A DNA stretch of 63,075 bases from Octopus bimaculoides (GCF_001194135.2 NC_068981.1:35357849-35420923); one strand, 5' to 3'. Numbered from the stretch's first letter, positions 25,580 through 38,064 are shown. Made by a program: numbers and translations. Notes: generated by a model not told the origin, from the letters alone.

Positions 25580-25624
25580 GCTGTGCTGATGATGCTTATT
25601 GAGGCAGAAATCTGTATGCACTGC
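25580..25624 (+). ncRNA. Decayed minimal hammerhead ribozyme motif
   Basis: GCTGTG-CTGATGA-TGCTT(ATTG)AGGCA-GAAA-TCTGTATG-CACTGC: intact core and 5-bp stem II, imperfect stems I and III. Confidence 0.55.
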
Positions 25625-26134
25625 TGTCCTTTCTGTCTTTTCCCTTAATGGCTGATAAATCTTCCCTTCTGACTGGGAGCTGGTTGCAATTGCCACCAGG
25701 CATTTGTTTTGCTTTTGGAAGATTTAATCTTGTAAATGAAATACCTATATTCATCTTTATGGTTCAAATTCATGCAATTGGTCACTCTGATTTATTTTTT
25801 GTAACCCAGTTTGTTTAATAACACATATGTTCACACACACACACACATACACTCAGAGAGAGAGAGAGAGAGAGATAGAGAGAAGAAGGAAGGAGGACAG
25901 GACCCTTGTAACATCAGGGAAATGGCTGTGCTTTGCCTGCAAAAGAAGAATCAGTAGAAATTCCTTGAGGTTTACCCAGTTTAATCACTGGACAGGTACA
26001 AACTGCTGAAGAACAAAAGGTAGATTAACAGAAAAGGTAGATTTCAGATGCAGCAGGTACACTGGAGGAGTAAGCATTAAGAGTCCTCTCAAACGCACAG
26101 ATACTTCCCTAGAAGTAATTGATAGATTTTGTTA

Positions 26135-26630
26135 CCTAGGTGACCAAATTATCAGTGGAGTGGATGCTTCAAACATGTGGTAGATAGAATAAGAACAGAT
26201 TGGAAATGGTTCATCCCTCAAGATCAAGAGCATATTGTATGAAGATTGCATGCAAAGTGTGCTGCTGCATGGCAATGAGATGTAGGTCTTAAGTGTAGAA
26301 GACATGTAAAGGTTAGAAAAAAAACGAAGCAAGCATACTTCACTATGTTAGTGTTTATGAATGACAAAGTATAAATGAACCGAGAGACAAACTAGGTAAA
26401 AGTGGAATCAGATCTAGTGTACAAGAGAGGATACTGTGCTAATATGGGCATATAATGTGAATGGAAGATGACCGTTACATAAGCAAGTGCAGAGCACTGA
26501 AATCTGTGGAAGAAAGATACAGAGAAAACTTGGTATGAGATGGTGACAAATGATCTCAAGTTGTTACATCTGTTGAAGGAGATGATAGAAGACCATGTTG
26601 ACTGGTGGTATGCAGTGCTGTAGAAGACTT
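26135..26630 (+). pseudogene. Degraded RTE-clade LINE ORF C-terminus
   Basis: Translates with stops to ..KIKSILYEDCMQSVLLHGNE..VEDM*RLEKNEASIL..RKTWYEMV..DLK.. W.YAVL-like RTE motifs. Confidence 0.75.
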
Positions 26631-27079
26631 ATCCTCTTGTGCAAGCTTAGTGCATGCATTCCCTACCTATTTTGTACACTTGTACCCCACCACCATCTAT
26701 TCTCTAAACCACACCCACCTATTTATAACACTGGGTAGCACTACTGTCCAATCATTTTCTAACTCTCTCACCAACCACAGAACACTACCTTGCACTGTCT
26801 CTTCTATTGTCCCCTTCCCTAACACTGCCTGTGTTAATCTCACCTCTACCACCCTCTTTTAACAATAAACCTGTGTAACTCCAACAAACCTTTTTAAGAC
26901 CTTACCAAACTGGCCCACCCTATTTTCTCCTCCTTCACAGTAATCCTTGGTCTGGCCTTGCTTGACCCCTTTTGATTCTCCTCTTTCCATTACTTCCTTC
27001 TGTTATTCTCTCATTAGCATCCTCTTACAATAAGTCTGTTCCATTCATGATAAGGTCTCTCTTTCACTTGACAAACTGC

Positions 27080-27410
27080 AAGATAACCCCAGAAGTGCTA
27101 GTGTTACAAGATGCACTCAGTGCACTCTGTAAGTGGTTGGTAATCAATTCAAGCAATGACAATGCAGGGTTTGACAGGACTCTTTAGTCTTGCTGATAGC
27201 TGGGCAATCTCTAGTGCTGATGCCACCAAAAAAAAAAAAAAAAGGCACCCAGACCACTCTGTGAAGTGGTTGCTGTTGGGGAGGGCATCCAGCCATAGAA
27301 ACAATGCTAAAATTATGACATTGCAGAAAGATGCAGTCTTCCAACTTATTGCATACTGATAAACTGCCCTCCTCATAATAACATGCAAAATGATGCCAAT
27401 GGTGATGATG
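27080..27410 (+). mobile_element. Old RTE 3' UTR fragments
   Basis: CACTCTGT(A/G)AAGTGGTTG repeats and GGGCATCCAGCCATAGAAAC. Confidence 0.55.
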
Positions 27411-27420
27411 TACATACATA

Positions 27421-27451
<31 letters not shown>

Positions 27452-27455
<4 letters not shown>

Positions 27456-27611
27456 AATTGCAGAATGGAAGGTGTTTATAAGCCATTTAAAAACACAAAA
27501 ACCGTTAGATTTACTTCAATATTTAAATTTGTCAAAATATTTTCGGCACTTTGAAACCGCGACCTGTTCACTGACAAAATTTTAGTGCTGCATGGAATTT
27601 TGTTAGTGAAA
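27452..27611 (-). mobile_element. Penelope-type pLTR-like terminal repeat carrying a hammerhead
   Basis: Contains the hammerhead at 27528-27578; ends at (TA)n; truncates the neighbouring mariner. Confidence 0.55.
27528..27578 (-). ncRNA. Minimal type-I hammerhead with G3:C8 covariant core
   Basis: TTTGTCA-GTGAACA-GGTCGC(GGTTTCAAA)GTGCC-GAAA-ATATTT-TGACAAA: stem I 7 bp perfect, palindromic AAATATTT stem III. Confidence 0.7.
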
Positions 27612-28111
27612 AACCACATGGAGTGACATCTGGACTTCTGTGGTCACAGTCTTCAGGTTTTAGCTCCCGCACGTAATGGGGTTTCCTCAGATGAAAATTC
27701 AATTCTTTATACTGAGCTGCTTGACATGTTGATTTTTGCAGGCTGTGATGAAACATTTCCTGCACTGTTGCCATGTTCTCCACTGATCGGGATGTGGTTG
27801 GACGGCCACTTCTAGCATCGTTCACAGAGCCTATGGTCATCAGCTTTGCATGACAACTTTTTATTGTCTCCAGACGAAGTGTTGTATGCTTACCTTTCCA
27901 TGAATGTCACCATCTCTGAACCAAAACAATGGAATTCCACACTTCATAGTGTGCTACTATCTTAGCTCACTCCTGAATAGTCAACGTCCATCTGGAAAAT
28001 AAGAAATCCCCATTAGTGTTGTCAGTTTAAAATATGTTTTCATCGTGACTTCAGTGATACGAAAAATTTTATAAGTAATTTCTAATGCCTAGTTAATTTT
28101 CACCCTCTCTG
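27612..28111 (-). mobile_element. Internally deleted Tc1/mariner element (DUF4817/HTH-type N-terminus)
   Basis: TA|CAGAGAGGGTG start; translation GSVNDARSGRPTTSRS.EN..V..F..S..KS joined directly to RSPDVTPCGF (RSPDLTPCDF motif). Confidence 0.75.
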
Positions 28112-28239
28112 TATATATATATATGCATGCATAGGAATGATGTCTGGCCTCAGAAAATTTACCATAACAAATTCTGACTGATGTAAGCATGGAAAAGGAG
28201 ACGTTCAACCATATTGATGATATATATATATAGGTCCAG

Positions 28240-28380
28240 ACATGGCTGTGTGGTTAAGAAGGTAGCTTCCTAACCATGTGGTCTTGGGTTGAGTCCCATC
28301 GGACATCACCTTGGGCAAGTTTCTTCTACTAAAGCCTTGCCAGCAGTTTTGGTAAACAAAAACCATAAGAAGTATATGCT
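28240..28380 (+). mobile_element. SINE family B 5' half (tRNA head)
   Basis: ATGGCTGTGTGGTTAAGAAG...GGGTTGAGTCCCA...CACCTTGGGCAAGT. Confidence 0.75.
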
Positions 28381-28734
28381 TATATGGGTGCTAGTTTAGT
28401 ATATGATCTCCCACATTATCCATTGTCTACACTGATGTGGTTTAGGATTAGGGGTTTGGTTAAGGTTTTAGGTTAGGGTCAAGGTTAGAGTTGGACTGCA
28501 CACTAAAGTGTAAATGGGCAGGTAGACTGCATGCTAAAGTGGCAGCCATATATTTATGTATGTTTGTGTGTACCCCCGTCTTGACATCACATGATGTTTG
28601 TTTGCTTGAGAAACAAGTGGGAGTTGGTCATAGAAAATCTGCCAATTCCATTTGACTCATAGAACATGGAAAAGTGGATGTTGAATGTGTACATGTATGT
28701 ATGTGTGTGTATAAATGCTTATGTATAGATATGC

Positions 28735-28784
<50 letters not shown>

Positions 28785-29160
28785 TTTTACTTGTTTCAGT
28801 CATTTGACTGTGGCCATGCTGGAGCACTGCCTTTTAGTCGAAGATATCGACCCCTGGACTTATTCTTTGTAAGCCTGGTGCTGTTTAAAAAAATAAACAC
28901 TGGGATCAGTTTGCTTCTGCCGAACTGCTAAGTTACTAGGAGATAAACACACTAATATCAGTTGTCAAGCGACAAACAGACACAAACACGCATAAATATA
29001 TACATAAATTCGATGGGCTTCTACCAAATCCACTCACAAGGCTTTGATCGACCTGAGGTTATTGTAGAAGACACTTGCCCAAGGTGCCACGTTGTGGGAC
29101 TGAACCTGAAACCATGTGGTTAGGAAGCAAGCTTCTTATCACAGCCACTCCTGCGTCTAT
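28785..29160 (-). mobile_element. SINE family B full-length copy
   Basis: Both halves present, head ends CAGCCACTCCTGCG. Confidence 0.85.
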
Positions 29161-29208
29161 ATGTATATATATTATATACAAATGTATATAAATATATATA
29201 GTTATATT

Positions 29209-29246
<38 letters not shown>

Positions 29247-29259
29247 ATAAAAGTATCTA

Positions 29260-29313
<54 letters not shown>

Positions 29314-30277
29314 TATACAGAGAAAGAGATTAGTTAAATCAATATCATGAATGTATTGATTAATGATATAGACGTGCACATGTATGTTGAGTGCATTACT
29401 GACAACCTTGCACTTTGGTGAACAGTATGTAGAAAAATTATAAACAGCTACAACAATATCAACAACAACAATAACAGCCAGTTCTGAAAGTTGGCATTAG
29501 TTTTGTAGTAGAGGCTGGATTTTCTCATCAATAATAGCCTATATTACTTAATATTTTTTTTCTATCAAGAGATATGTATACTTTTTATTACTGTTTTAAA
29601 TATCTCGAGCATCTTTCGGTTATACATTAAATTCTTTTTTTATTTAATTAATATTTCTTTTTCTGGTTTTATATGCTTGATTGAAATTCGAATTTGTTGT
29701 GCAAAAAATTTTTAGCTAAATATTTCTCAACACGCTGAACCGTACGTTATATTCTGCTTATTTATAGTCTTAAAGAGTCTCTTTCTACTCTATCTGTCCC
29801 TACCTCTCTCTTTCTTTTTATTCTATATGTCCTCATCAGTTAATCACAAGCACGCACACGTATACAGGCGCCCGTACACAATGTCATTTAAGAACAAGAC
29901 AGTGTAGCCAACATTTTCAAGATGACCGATCCGATCCAGTCCCGTCCGGCATGTGTCTTCTCTTGTTTAAACATGGATGATGCCTAACATCATCAGCACG
30001 TATCTCTCTCTCTCTCAACCTAACTCCACATCTCAACTACTCGTTACATGTGTTGTTACACTCACAGACACATGCTTAAAGGCACTGACAGAAACGCACA
30101 CTCACACAGAAGATAGATAGATAAAGAGAGAGAGAGAGGCAGAGACAGACGGAGAAGTTTAAGCTCACTTCACTATCTGTCTTGCTGGGCTATACCCACG
30201 TGTTTTCCTTATATTTACAGAAACTTAAACCTTTGTTTCTTTAAGGAGAATCCTCCTGATGTCACTCAAATGCTTAC

Positions 30278-30420
30278 CCTCCCGTTTCCACTCTTCTTCT
30301 TTCTCTTGTCTCGATGGTGGTGGGAGACGTCGAGAGGTGATGGTGGTGGGTAATAAGGAGGGGGGATCTTCAGACGTATTTCCTGGCTCTTGATTGTGAT
30401 CGGTGGAAGTGGTTGTTCCG
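30278..30420 (-). other. Candidate exon (EQPLPPITIKSQEIRLKIPPPYYPPPSPLDVSHHHRDKRKKKSGNGR)
   Basis: GC-rich open frame ending at AGG|GTAAGC; upstream T12 tract but no adjacent AG; no homology recognised. Confidence 0.25.
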
Positions 30421-31689
30421 AGAAAAAAAAAAAAGTATTGAATAGCACATTAGCTTTTTTTTTTGTTTTTATTTTGTTCTGTCTTCATATGCTGTCGTCG
30501 TCGTCTTCAGTTGGTCGACCCCTACTCATACTCTGTTCATCTTTCTATCCGTCCATTCGTTCACCACCATCACTCCTGGAGTGACCAACTGTGATTAGAT
30601 TGACATGGTGACCCGGGTCAGTCGCAAGATTTCAGTTGATAGATCATTCTAAATTTAGAGAAGGGATTCTTGTTTTTATGTTTATAGGTAAGATAAATAT
30701 ATTTTCCTTGCTTTTCTTATGTTGTAATTTTTTTCTTCGTATTTTGTTTCAATTCTTCGTAGAATTGGTAAACTATTTCTTTTTATTATTCGTTTTTTTT
30801 CATCATTTGTATTACCGTTGTTCCTATGTCTTAAAATAATGTAAAGGAAGAAAAAAGAGAAATAAAAAAAATAAGAAATGATTTACAATAAAATTTTGAT
30901 TTACTGATTTACATAAAAAGTAGAGAAGGTTGATTGAATTAAGAAAACAAGGAAATGAGAGGGTATGAAATTTATAGATGCGGTTTAATAATGGCAAAAG
31001 TTTGTGTTCATTGATCGGAATAAATTCATAAAGATATTTAAGGAAAAAATCAGGCGTTCTTATAAACAAACTGATGCTAACGTAGATATACACACATACA
31101 AACATACACACACGCATGGCTTAGCTGGTCGAAACTTCGCAGTTACTGTCAATATTTTTTAAGAATAATAAATTTGTACTCTATAAAAGTATAGAGTTAA
31201 CCCTTCGGATTAATGTAAAATTGTTTTTATTATAACTGAACATAAAAACAAAAATGTATATATGTGCGTGTGCTCCTTTTATAACAAGTCGGTAAAAAAA
31301 ATTGTTAAAATATATGTAATGTAGAAACACATTTCAAAGAGAATACTGAAAAGAAAATTAATAGCAATGACAATTATTATTATTAAATAATGCTAATGAT
31401 GATTGCTTAATTCTGATAGTTATAATTTACTTCCGTGTCAGTTTCCAAAAAAAAAAAAAGTACTCTCCTCTCTAAATATTCTCATACAAATTCTGGCTAA
31501 AAATGAGTTTTGTATTGTAGTCTTTCTGACTGGATAGCTTGTGGTGAACTTGTACTGAACTTTGACCTTTTATCCATGACTGCTCTTCCAAATCTTGTCT
31601 TCCTTCCTCAAACGACACACGTGCATGTAAAACACACGACCAACTCCAAAACTATGTCCATAGCATTCACTCATGTATATATGTATGTG

Positions 31690-31728
<39 letters not shown>

Positions 31729-31828
31729 CATTTATGTGTACAATTATATACGTATATGAAGTATAATTTATATAATGTAGATAAAATGTATATTTTACAC
31801 ACGTATACACATATATGTTGCATGATCT

Positions 31829-31880
<52 letters not shown>

Positions 31881-32385
31881 GTGATTTGTAATATAACGTG
31901 CGTGTAAATGTGTATATTTGAGTATTACTGTATATTTGTGTTTGTATATATATATATATATATCATAGAAAGAGAGTATATATGTGAAATATACATATGT
32001 ATTTGTATATATAAAATTCTATAATATATATGTAAATATGTATAAGTTATAAATATGATGTATAATATACAATATATGTTCAAAATTTACGTGCCTATAA
32101 AATAGGCCTATATATAAAATATATTTACATACACATAGAATTTATGGGGTGTACGCTGGACAGCGAGAATCTAAACAATAGAATAGATACTTTATCTATT
32201 CATTCTTAATATGTTCCGGCAGATTCGTCCGTAAATTGCAAGGATCAGATGATAAGGTTCGAATGTGTCAAGCAGAATTATGAAGCATGGATTATATATA
32301 TAATGAAATAAGGTTTACACTATATAAAATATACAATATGTACATGTGTGCGCATATATACACAAGAAAATAACTTAAGGTTTTA

Positions 32386-32416
<31 letters not shown>

Positions 32417-32954
32417 GTGTGAATGTGGTGTTTTCGAAAAAGAAAAAAAGAACGAGTAAAGACTGAAGTAAAAGATATCGAAGTGTATAAACACTTAAAT
32501 GCTTTGATCCGTTTTTGTGTATTGTCTTTCACTCGTGTGTGTCTGTGTCTATTCACAAGCGCACTCAGATAGACAGACAGACACGTGTGTGTATGTACGG
32601 ATATAGGTATTATGTTTGTATGTGTTTACATCCCACGATATTTTCTGGCCGAATGCCAAGCAGAGTTATTATCGTCATTATTCTTCTGGGGTTTCAATAA
32701 GATAAGTTCCATTCAACTACAGGGCTCCATTAAAATAACTACAACCCTTTTCCTAAAAAAATTTGGCCTTGAAGTCATGCTTATTTTATTTATTACACTC
32801 GCGAATTGCTTTCATTTTTTTCTGCTAACAACCACTGCTTTTGTACTCGTAATGTCTAATTGTTCTGGCAAATAAAAGAAAACTTTTAGAAATTATGTCT
32901 GTAACCTTTAGAAATTATTATTATTACTGTGACTTATCATTATCATATTGATGG

Positions 32955-33420
32955 ATAGCAGGAGTGGTAGGACACCGGACAAAGTGTCTGCTGGTTCTTT
33001 CCGTTTTGTGTTCAAATCTTTCTGAGGCCGAGTTTGCCTTCATCCTACCGAGGTCGATAAAATAAAGAATATAACAATTAAAATACACGAGTTGATTTAA
33101 CCGGCTGATTGTTTCTTCTTTTCAATTCTGTAGCTTCGTGTTGATGTTAATAATTATTACACCAATCTTCTGAATGGCTGTGCATCCCATTTTATATTTA
33201 TAAGCATATTCGTAATTGCGAGGAGGGGTGTATACTTTAGTCTGTTGATTATTTATCTTCTGTTGTCATATTTGTGTTATTTCTGTCCGGGTGGTTGCGA
33301 ATTGGTAAGAACTATTGGCGCATTTGACAATTTGCCTTGTGATATTTCAATTGCACTTCGAGTTCAAATCCCACTGAGGTCAAGTTTGACCTTCATTCTC
33401 TTCCAATCCTTTGGAATCTA
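32955..33420 (+). mobile_element. Two decayed SINE family A copies
   Basis: GTTCAAATC...GAGGT/CCGAG...TTTG(C/A)CCTTCAT at ~33010 and ~33362. Confidence 0.6.
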
Positions 33421-33689
33421 GTCTGCGGATTGAGAATAATTTCCTTGCTTCCTTTTGCACCAGCTTCGGGAGTCCTTATAATAATAAAAAAAGTAAAATA
33501 AATCACGAGCGATACCCTTCCTTCTCTCACTCAGCTATAAGTAAATTAATATTAAATATTTATTATTGCTTTGATGTCAATACAAATCTGACATTTTATT
33601 TATTTATTTTTTTAGAGAAAACTGAAATGCCGCTACTTCTGTCACCTCATCTTTATGTAATCTGTCACGAAAGACTTTTTGTGGCTATA

Positions 33690-34312
33690 NNNNNNNNNNN
33701 NNNNNNNNNNNNNNNNNNNNNNNNNNNNNNNNNNNNNNNNNNNNNNNNNNNNNNNNNNNNNNNNNNNNNNNNNNNNNNNNNNNNNNNNNNNNNNNNNNNN
33801 NNNNNNNNNNNNNNNNNNNNNNNNNNNNNNNNNNNNNNNNNNNNNNNNNNNNNNNNNNNNNNNNNNNNNNNNNNNNNNNNNNNNNNNNNNNNNNNNNNNN
33901 NNNNNNNNNNNNNNNNNNNNNNNNNNNNNNNNNNNNNNNNNNNNNNNNNNNNNNNNNNNNNNNNNNNNNNNNNNNNNNNNNNNNNNNNNNNNNNNNNNNN
34001 NNNNNNNNNNNNNNNNNNNNNNNNNNNNNNNNNNNNNNNNNNNNNNNNNNNNNNNNNNNNNNNNNNNNNNNNNNNNNNNNNNNNNNNNNNNNNNNNNNNN
34101 NNNNNNNNNNNNNNNNNNNNNNNNNNNNNNNNNNNNNNNNNNNNNNNNNNNNNNNNNNNNNNNNNNNNNNNNNNNNNNNNNNNNNNNNNNNNNNNNNNNN
34201 NNNNNNNNNNNNNNNNNNNNNNNNNNNNNNNNNNNNNNNNNNNNNNNNNNNNNNNNNNNNNNNNNNNNNNNNNNNNNNNNNNNNNNNNNNNNNNNNNNNN
34301 NNNNNNNNNNNN
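33690..34312. other. Assembly gap (N run)
   Basis: Run of N. Confidence 0.99.
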
Positions 34313-35109
34313 TTTCAATGTTTAAATATGCCCCCTCCCTCCTCCCAAATTAATGTTTTAATATTTTAACCCACAGTTTCTTGTCTTTCTGCTCGTCCAT
34401 GAGATAGTGAAAGTTATTCCCTAAGTCTTGTCGATAATTATTTAGCTAACACGCAGACGGATATATGAAAGACAAAAGTCAGTTTCGTGTGGATTTTACT
34501 GTAGAACAAACAGAGAGAAAGAGCACAGTTAATAGATCATGGATAAAGTCGAATGAATTGACCACAGTATGAGACTAACTGATATTTATTATATTTCGTG
34601 TTGCTTTTAACTTTAATGAGTTCAAATCTCACTGCAGTGAGATTTGAACTCATTAAAGTTAAAAGCAACAGAAATAAAAAAATTGTATAGGGTTTCTCCA
34701 ACTCTGGCACAAAGTCACACATATTGTGCGTGAATGTAGTCAAATATAGCCAGTATTCGATTACTTTTATTTTATCATCCCATAAGGATTAAGTAGATTA
34801 CGGCGCGACATAAGCCCAGGACGTAAATTGACTCTAGTCCAGTGTTTCTCATCCATTTCTTTGCTTATGTGCCCCTTTGGTTCCTCTTTATTCAGGGGGC
34901 CCTCAAAGCCATGCGATGTCAAAAATACTCCTGTTATATTTTTATGATTAAATATTATTATTAGGAATTGTGTAAATTAAAAAAAATTGTTATTGTAGAA
35001 ATATAACCAGTTTATTGCACATAAATGTTAACAGGGGACGCTTATATGGACACTCAAGGGCCATAGGGGCCCCAGTTTAGAACGATTGCTCTTGTCGATT
35101 GTACCGACT

Positions 35110-35370
35110 ATAGCCATCCTCGGTAGGTGCTTTTATTTTATTGGCCTCGGAGGGATAAAAGGCAAAGTTATCCTCGGCTGAATTTGAACTTAAATAGTAA
35201 AGAGCTGTAACTAAATACAACTAGATATTTTATCTTTCTAACAATTCTACCAATACAGGGGCAGAAATTTGAGGGAAAGGGAACAGTCAATTATATCAAC
35301 TCCAGTATTTAACTGGTACTTTTTTTTATGGAGTCTGAAAGGAGGGAAAGCAAAATCGATCTGGTGTTAA
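35110..35370 (-). mobile_element. Two decayed SINE family A copies
   Basis: GGATAAAAGGCAAAGTTATCCTCGGCTGAATTTGAAC and a second body at 35260-35370. Confidence 0.6.
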
Positions 35371-37414
35371 TAAGGTCTCAGATTTAGAGGAGTGTTGTCT
35401 ATTGAGCTTGTCGACATAGCATTGGAAATGTTTAGGGCAAGTTAGTTTGGAAGATGTGATATATGTTTATGTCTCGTCGTTGGTGGAATAAAATGTTTTC
35501 CAGTTAAGATGATAGGCACTTGTTATGATATTTCTTAAAGGGATCACAACGCTTCGGATTTTAAAGAGTATGGGGAAGGGATGTTGTGAATGTCAAACGT
35601 TTCCCTTAATGCATTTATGCTGACATATGAAGAAAAAAAAAATGGTTGTATCCAGGAATCGGAAAACAGTCGTGCATACGCTCCAATTCTACTCTAACAA
35701 CAGTGCTGATGTTTATGTTTTATTTATCAGTTTTTTTAAAAATATAAATATAGATATGAAAATACAAATTGATAGTTGGGGTTAGTAGCAATTTTGATTG
35801 TCTAGTTTTTGTCAGAGCACGAACTTGTGCAATTAGCTTCCGTGTACATTATGTCTAAGATAGATCGCAGTTTTGCTTGGCTGATGCACGCAGACTGATA
35901 CTCTCAGCTTTACCCGGACTAAGATGATTTTAAGTGCAAGTTTTCGTCTTCTAGTTTTCTTACGTGAACTGTACTCGGTGATGGTTGAAGCAGCAGCCGT
36001 ACTTCCATACACGCATATATATCTGAATGCACGCATACTCAAACACATGTATATAAGACAGGCGCGATACATATCCACATACACGTTTACTCATTCATTC
36101 ATTTAGTCATTCATATTTACAGACATGCATAATCTTCTTTGTAAATACACAAACACATATATTTAAATACGTTCACACATATACATGTACTCATCCATTC
36201 ATACGAAGTTGCGTAAATTTGTGTCTCGTACATGTTTTGTATGTGTCTGCATGTAAATGTGCACTACGTTGCCATTGCCTTTGTATATATGTTTGAATGC
36301 ATGTGTAACTTGTCTTATTTCTGTGTTATAGTGCTAGTGTACGTCTGTCGTACCGAGTTTGTTTATGTATGTTTACTTCTCTCCATACGTATGGTTATTT
36401 GTTTTATATATGTGTCGATGAATGTATACGCGTGTACTCGTATGTTTATGTACCCTGTCAGATACATTATATATGCGTTGTTTATAATGTTGTATGCCTG
36501 TGTGTGTGAGAGAGCATATCTGCTCAATTGTGTATTTGCCAACGATAAATAACATTTTTTTAAACTTCAGGTATATGTAGTTACGCTTGTCTTTTTTGCG
36601 TGAGTGAATATTGTAGTCATGTGTATGCACTCATGTATGACCTTGTATATAGATACACATGTGCTTGTCTACTGCATGTATGTCTACTCTTCACTCTATG
36701 TGTATATATATTCGCTTGTACGTGTTCGCCCTGTGTCCAAGCATACATCTGCTTATGTGTGTTTGTTTGTACATGTTCTGCGCGTGATTATCTGTTTGTG
36801 TAGTGATGCGTGTGAGTGTGCTTCGTTAATATGCGTGCATGGTTGCGTACGTGACCGTGCTCGCATGCGTGTACCTCCACACCTCCGAGATGTACAGGGG
36901 TGGAGGTGACTGGGATGCGATGGCGGGCCGGTGCATATTTGGTGCGTGTGTCATCGGAACATTACGAACGAACGAATACACTATTCTTACTGCTGATTTC
37001 TCTTTCTCTCAAGAACGATCCGATTCAAATATGTGTGGATTAAAAAGTCTTCTGTGAAGTAGTTTTGTTTTCTGTGTACATTCACCCTCGCACACGCGAA
37101 TTTCAATGACCGTTTTAGCATGTTGGAATGGGGTGGAGACAAATGTATACGAAACTTGAATACTTTTAAGAGTACAGTGACATACATCTCTCCACCCTCT
37201 CTCTCTCTCTCACATACACACGCGCATACAAATTAGTACATACACTATATAGTCCAAATACTTTATAAAGTGGTTTATATGTATATGTTTAGATTCTGTT
37301 GTGTAAGAATTTACTAAATATAACAAATATGCATAAGTATATAACACTTCATGCTCTATCTCTGTATACACTTGTGTGGTATATACATGAACAAACTGTT
37401 TTAAATAATATTTT

Positions 37415-37575
37415 CTACTCTAGGCACAAGGCCCGGAATTTTGGGGGAGGGGGCCAGTCGATTGGATCGATCCCAGTACGCAAGTGGTGTTTAATTTATC
37501 GACCCCGAAAGGATGAAAGGCAAAGTCAACCTCGGCGGAATTTGAACTCAGAACGTAAAGACAGACGAAATACTC
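37415..37575 (-). mobile_element. Young SINE family A copy
   Basis: Near-consensus with CpGs intact. Confidence 0.9.
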
Positions 37576-37589
37576 TTTCGTTTTTTCTC

Positions 37590-37801
37590 GCAGCCACATG
37601 GTTCAGGGTTCAGTCCCACTGCGTGGCACTTTGAGCAGATGTCTTCTGTAGCGTCGGGCCGGGCAAAGCCTCGAGTGGATTTGGTAAACGGAAGCAGAAA
37701 GAAGGCCGTCGTATACAGGCGAAGGTAAAGAATACGCATACCCGGTGTTTAGGGTTAGGTCGAAAAAGGGCGGTGTGCGTATTCTTTACCTCCGCTTCGT
37801 G

Positions 37802-37841
<40 letters not shown>

Positions 37842-38031
37842 CGTGTGTGTGTGTGTATATATATATAATTAGAAAATTAATTGCATTGGTTCCTGATAAA
37901 CTCTTGTTTATCTTGTTATCTGCACTCTATCTGTATGGTGTACCCGGGGATAATACAGGTAACGGATACCGATAGTATATACGGATATTTTATTCCGGTT
38001 ACTATAACCACTAACTCACTCTCTCTCTCTC

Positions 38032-38064
<33 letters not shown>

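Noticed and set aside
1799-34353. Long ORF-track entries spanning N runs (e.g. 5737-6918, 15878-16768, 33411-34325)
   Set aside because: Length comes from translated Ns; not evidence of coding
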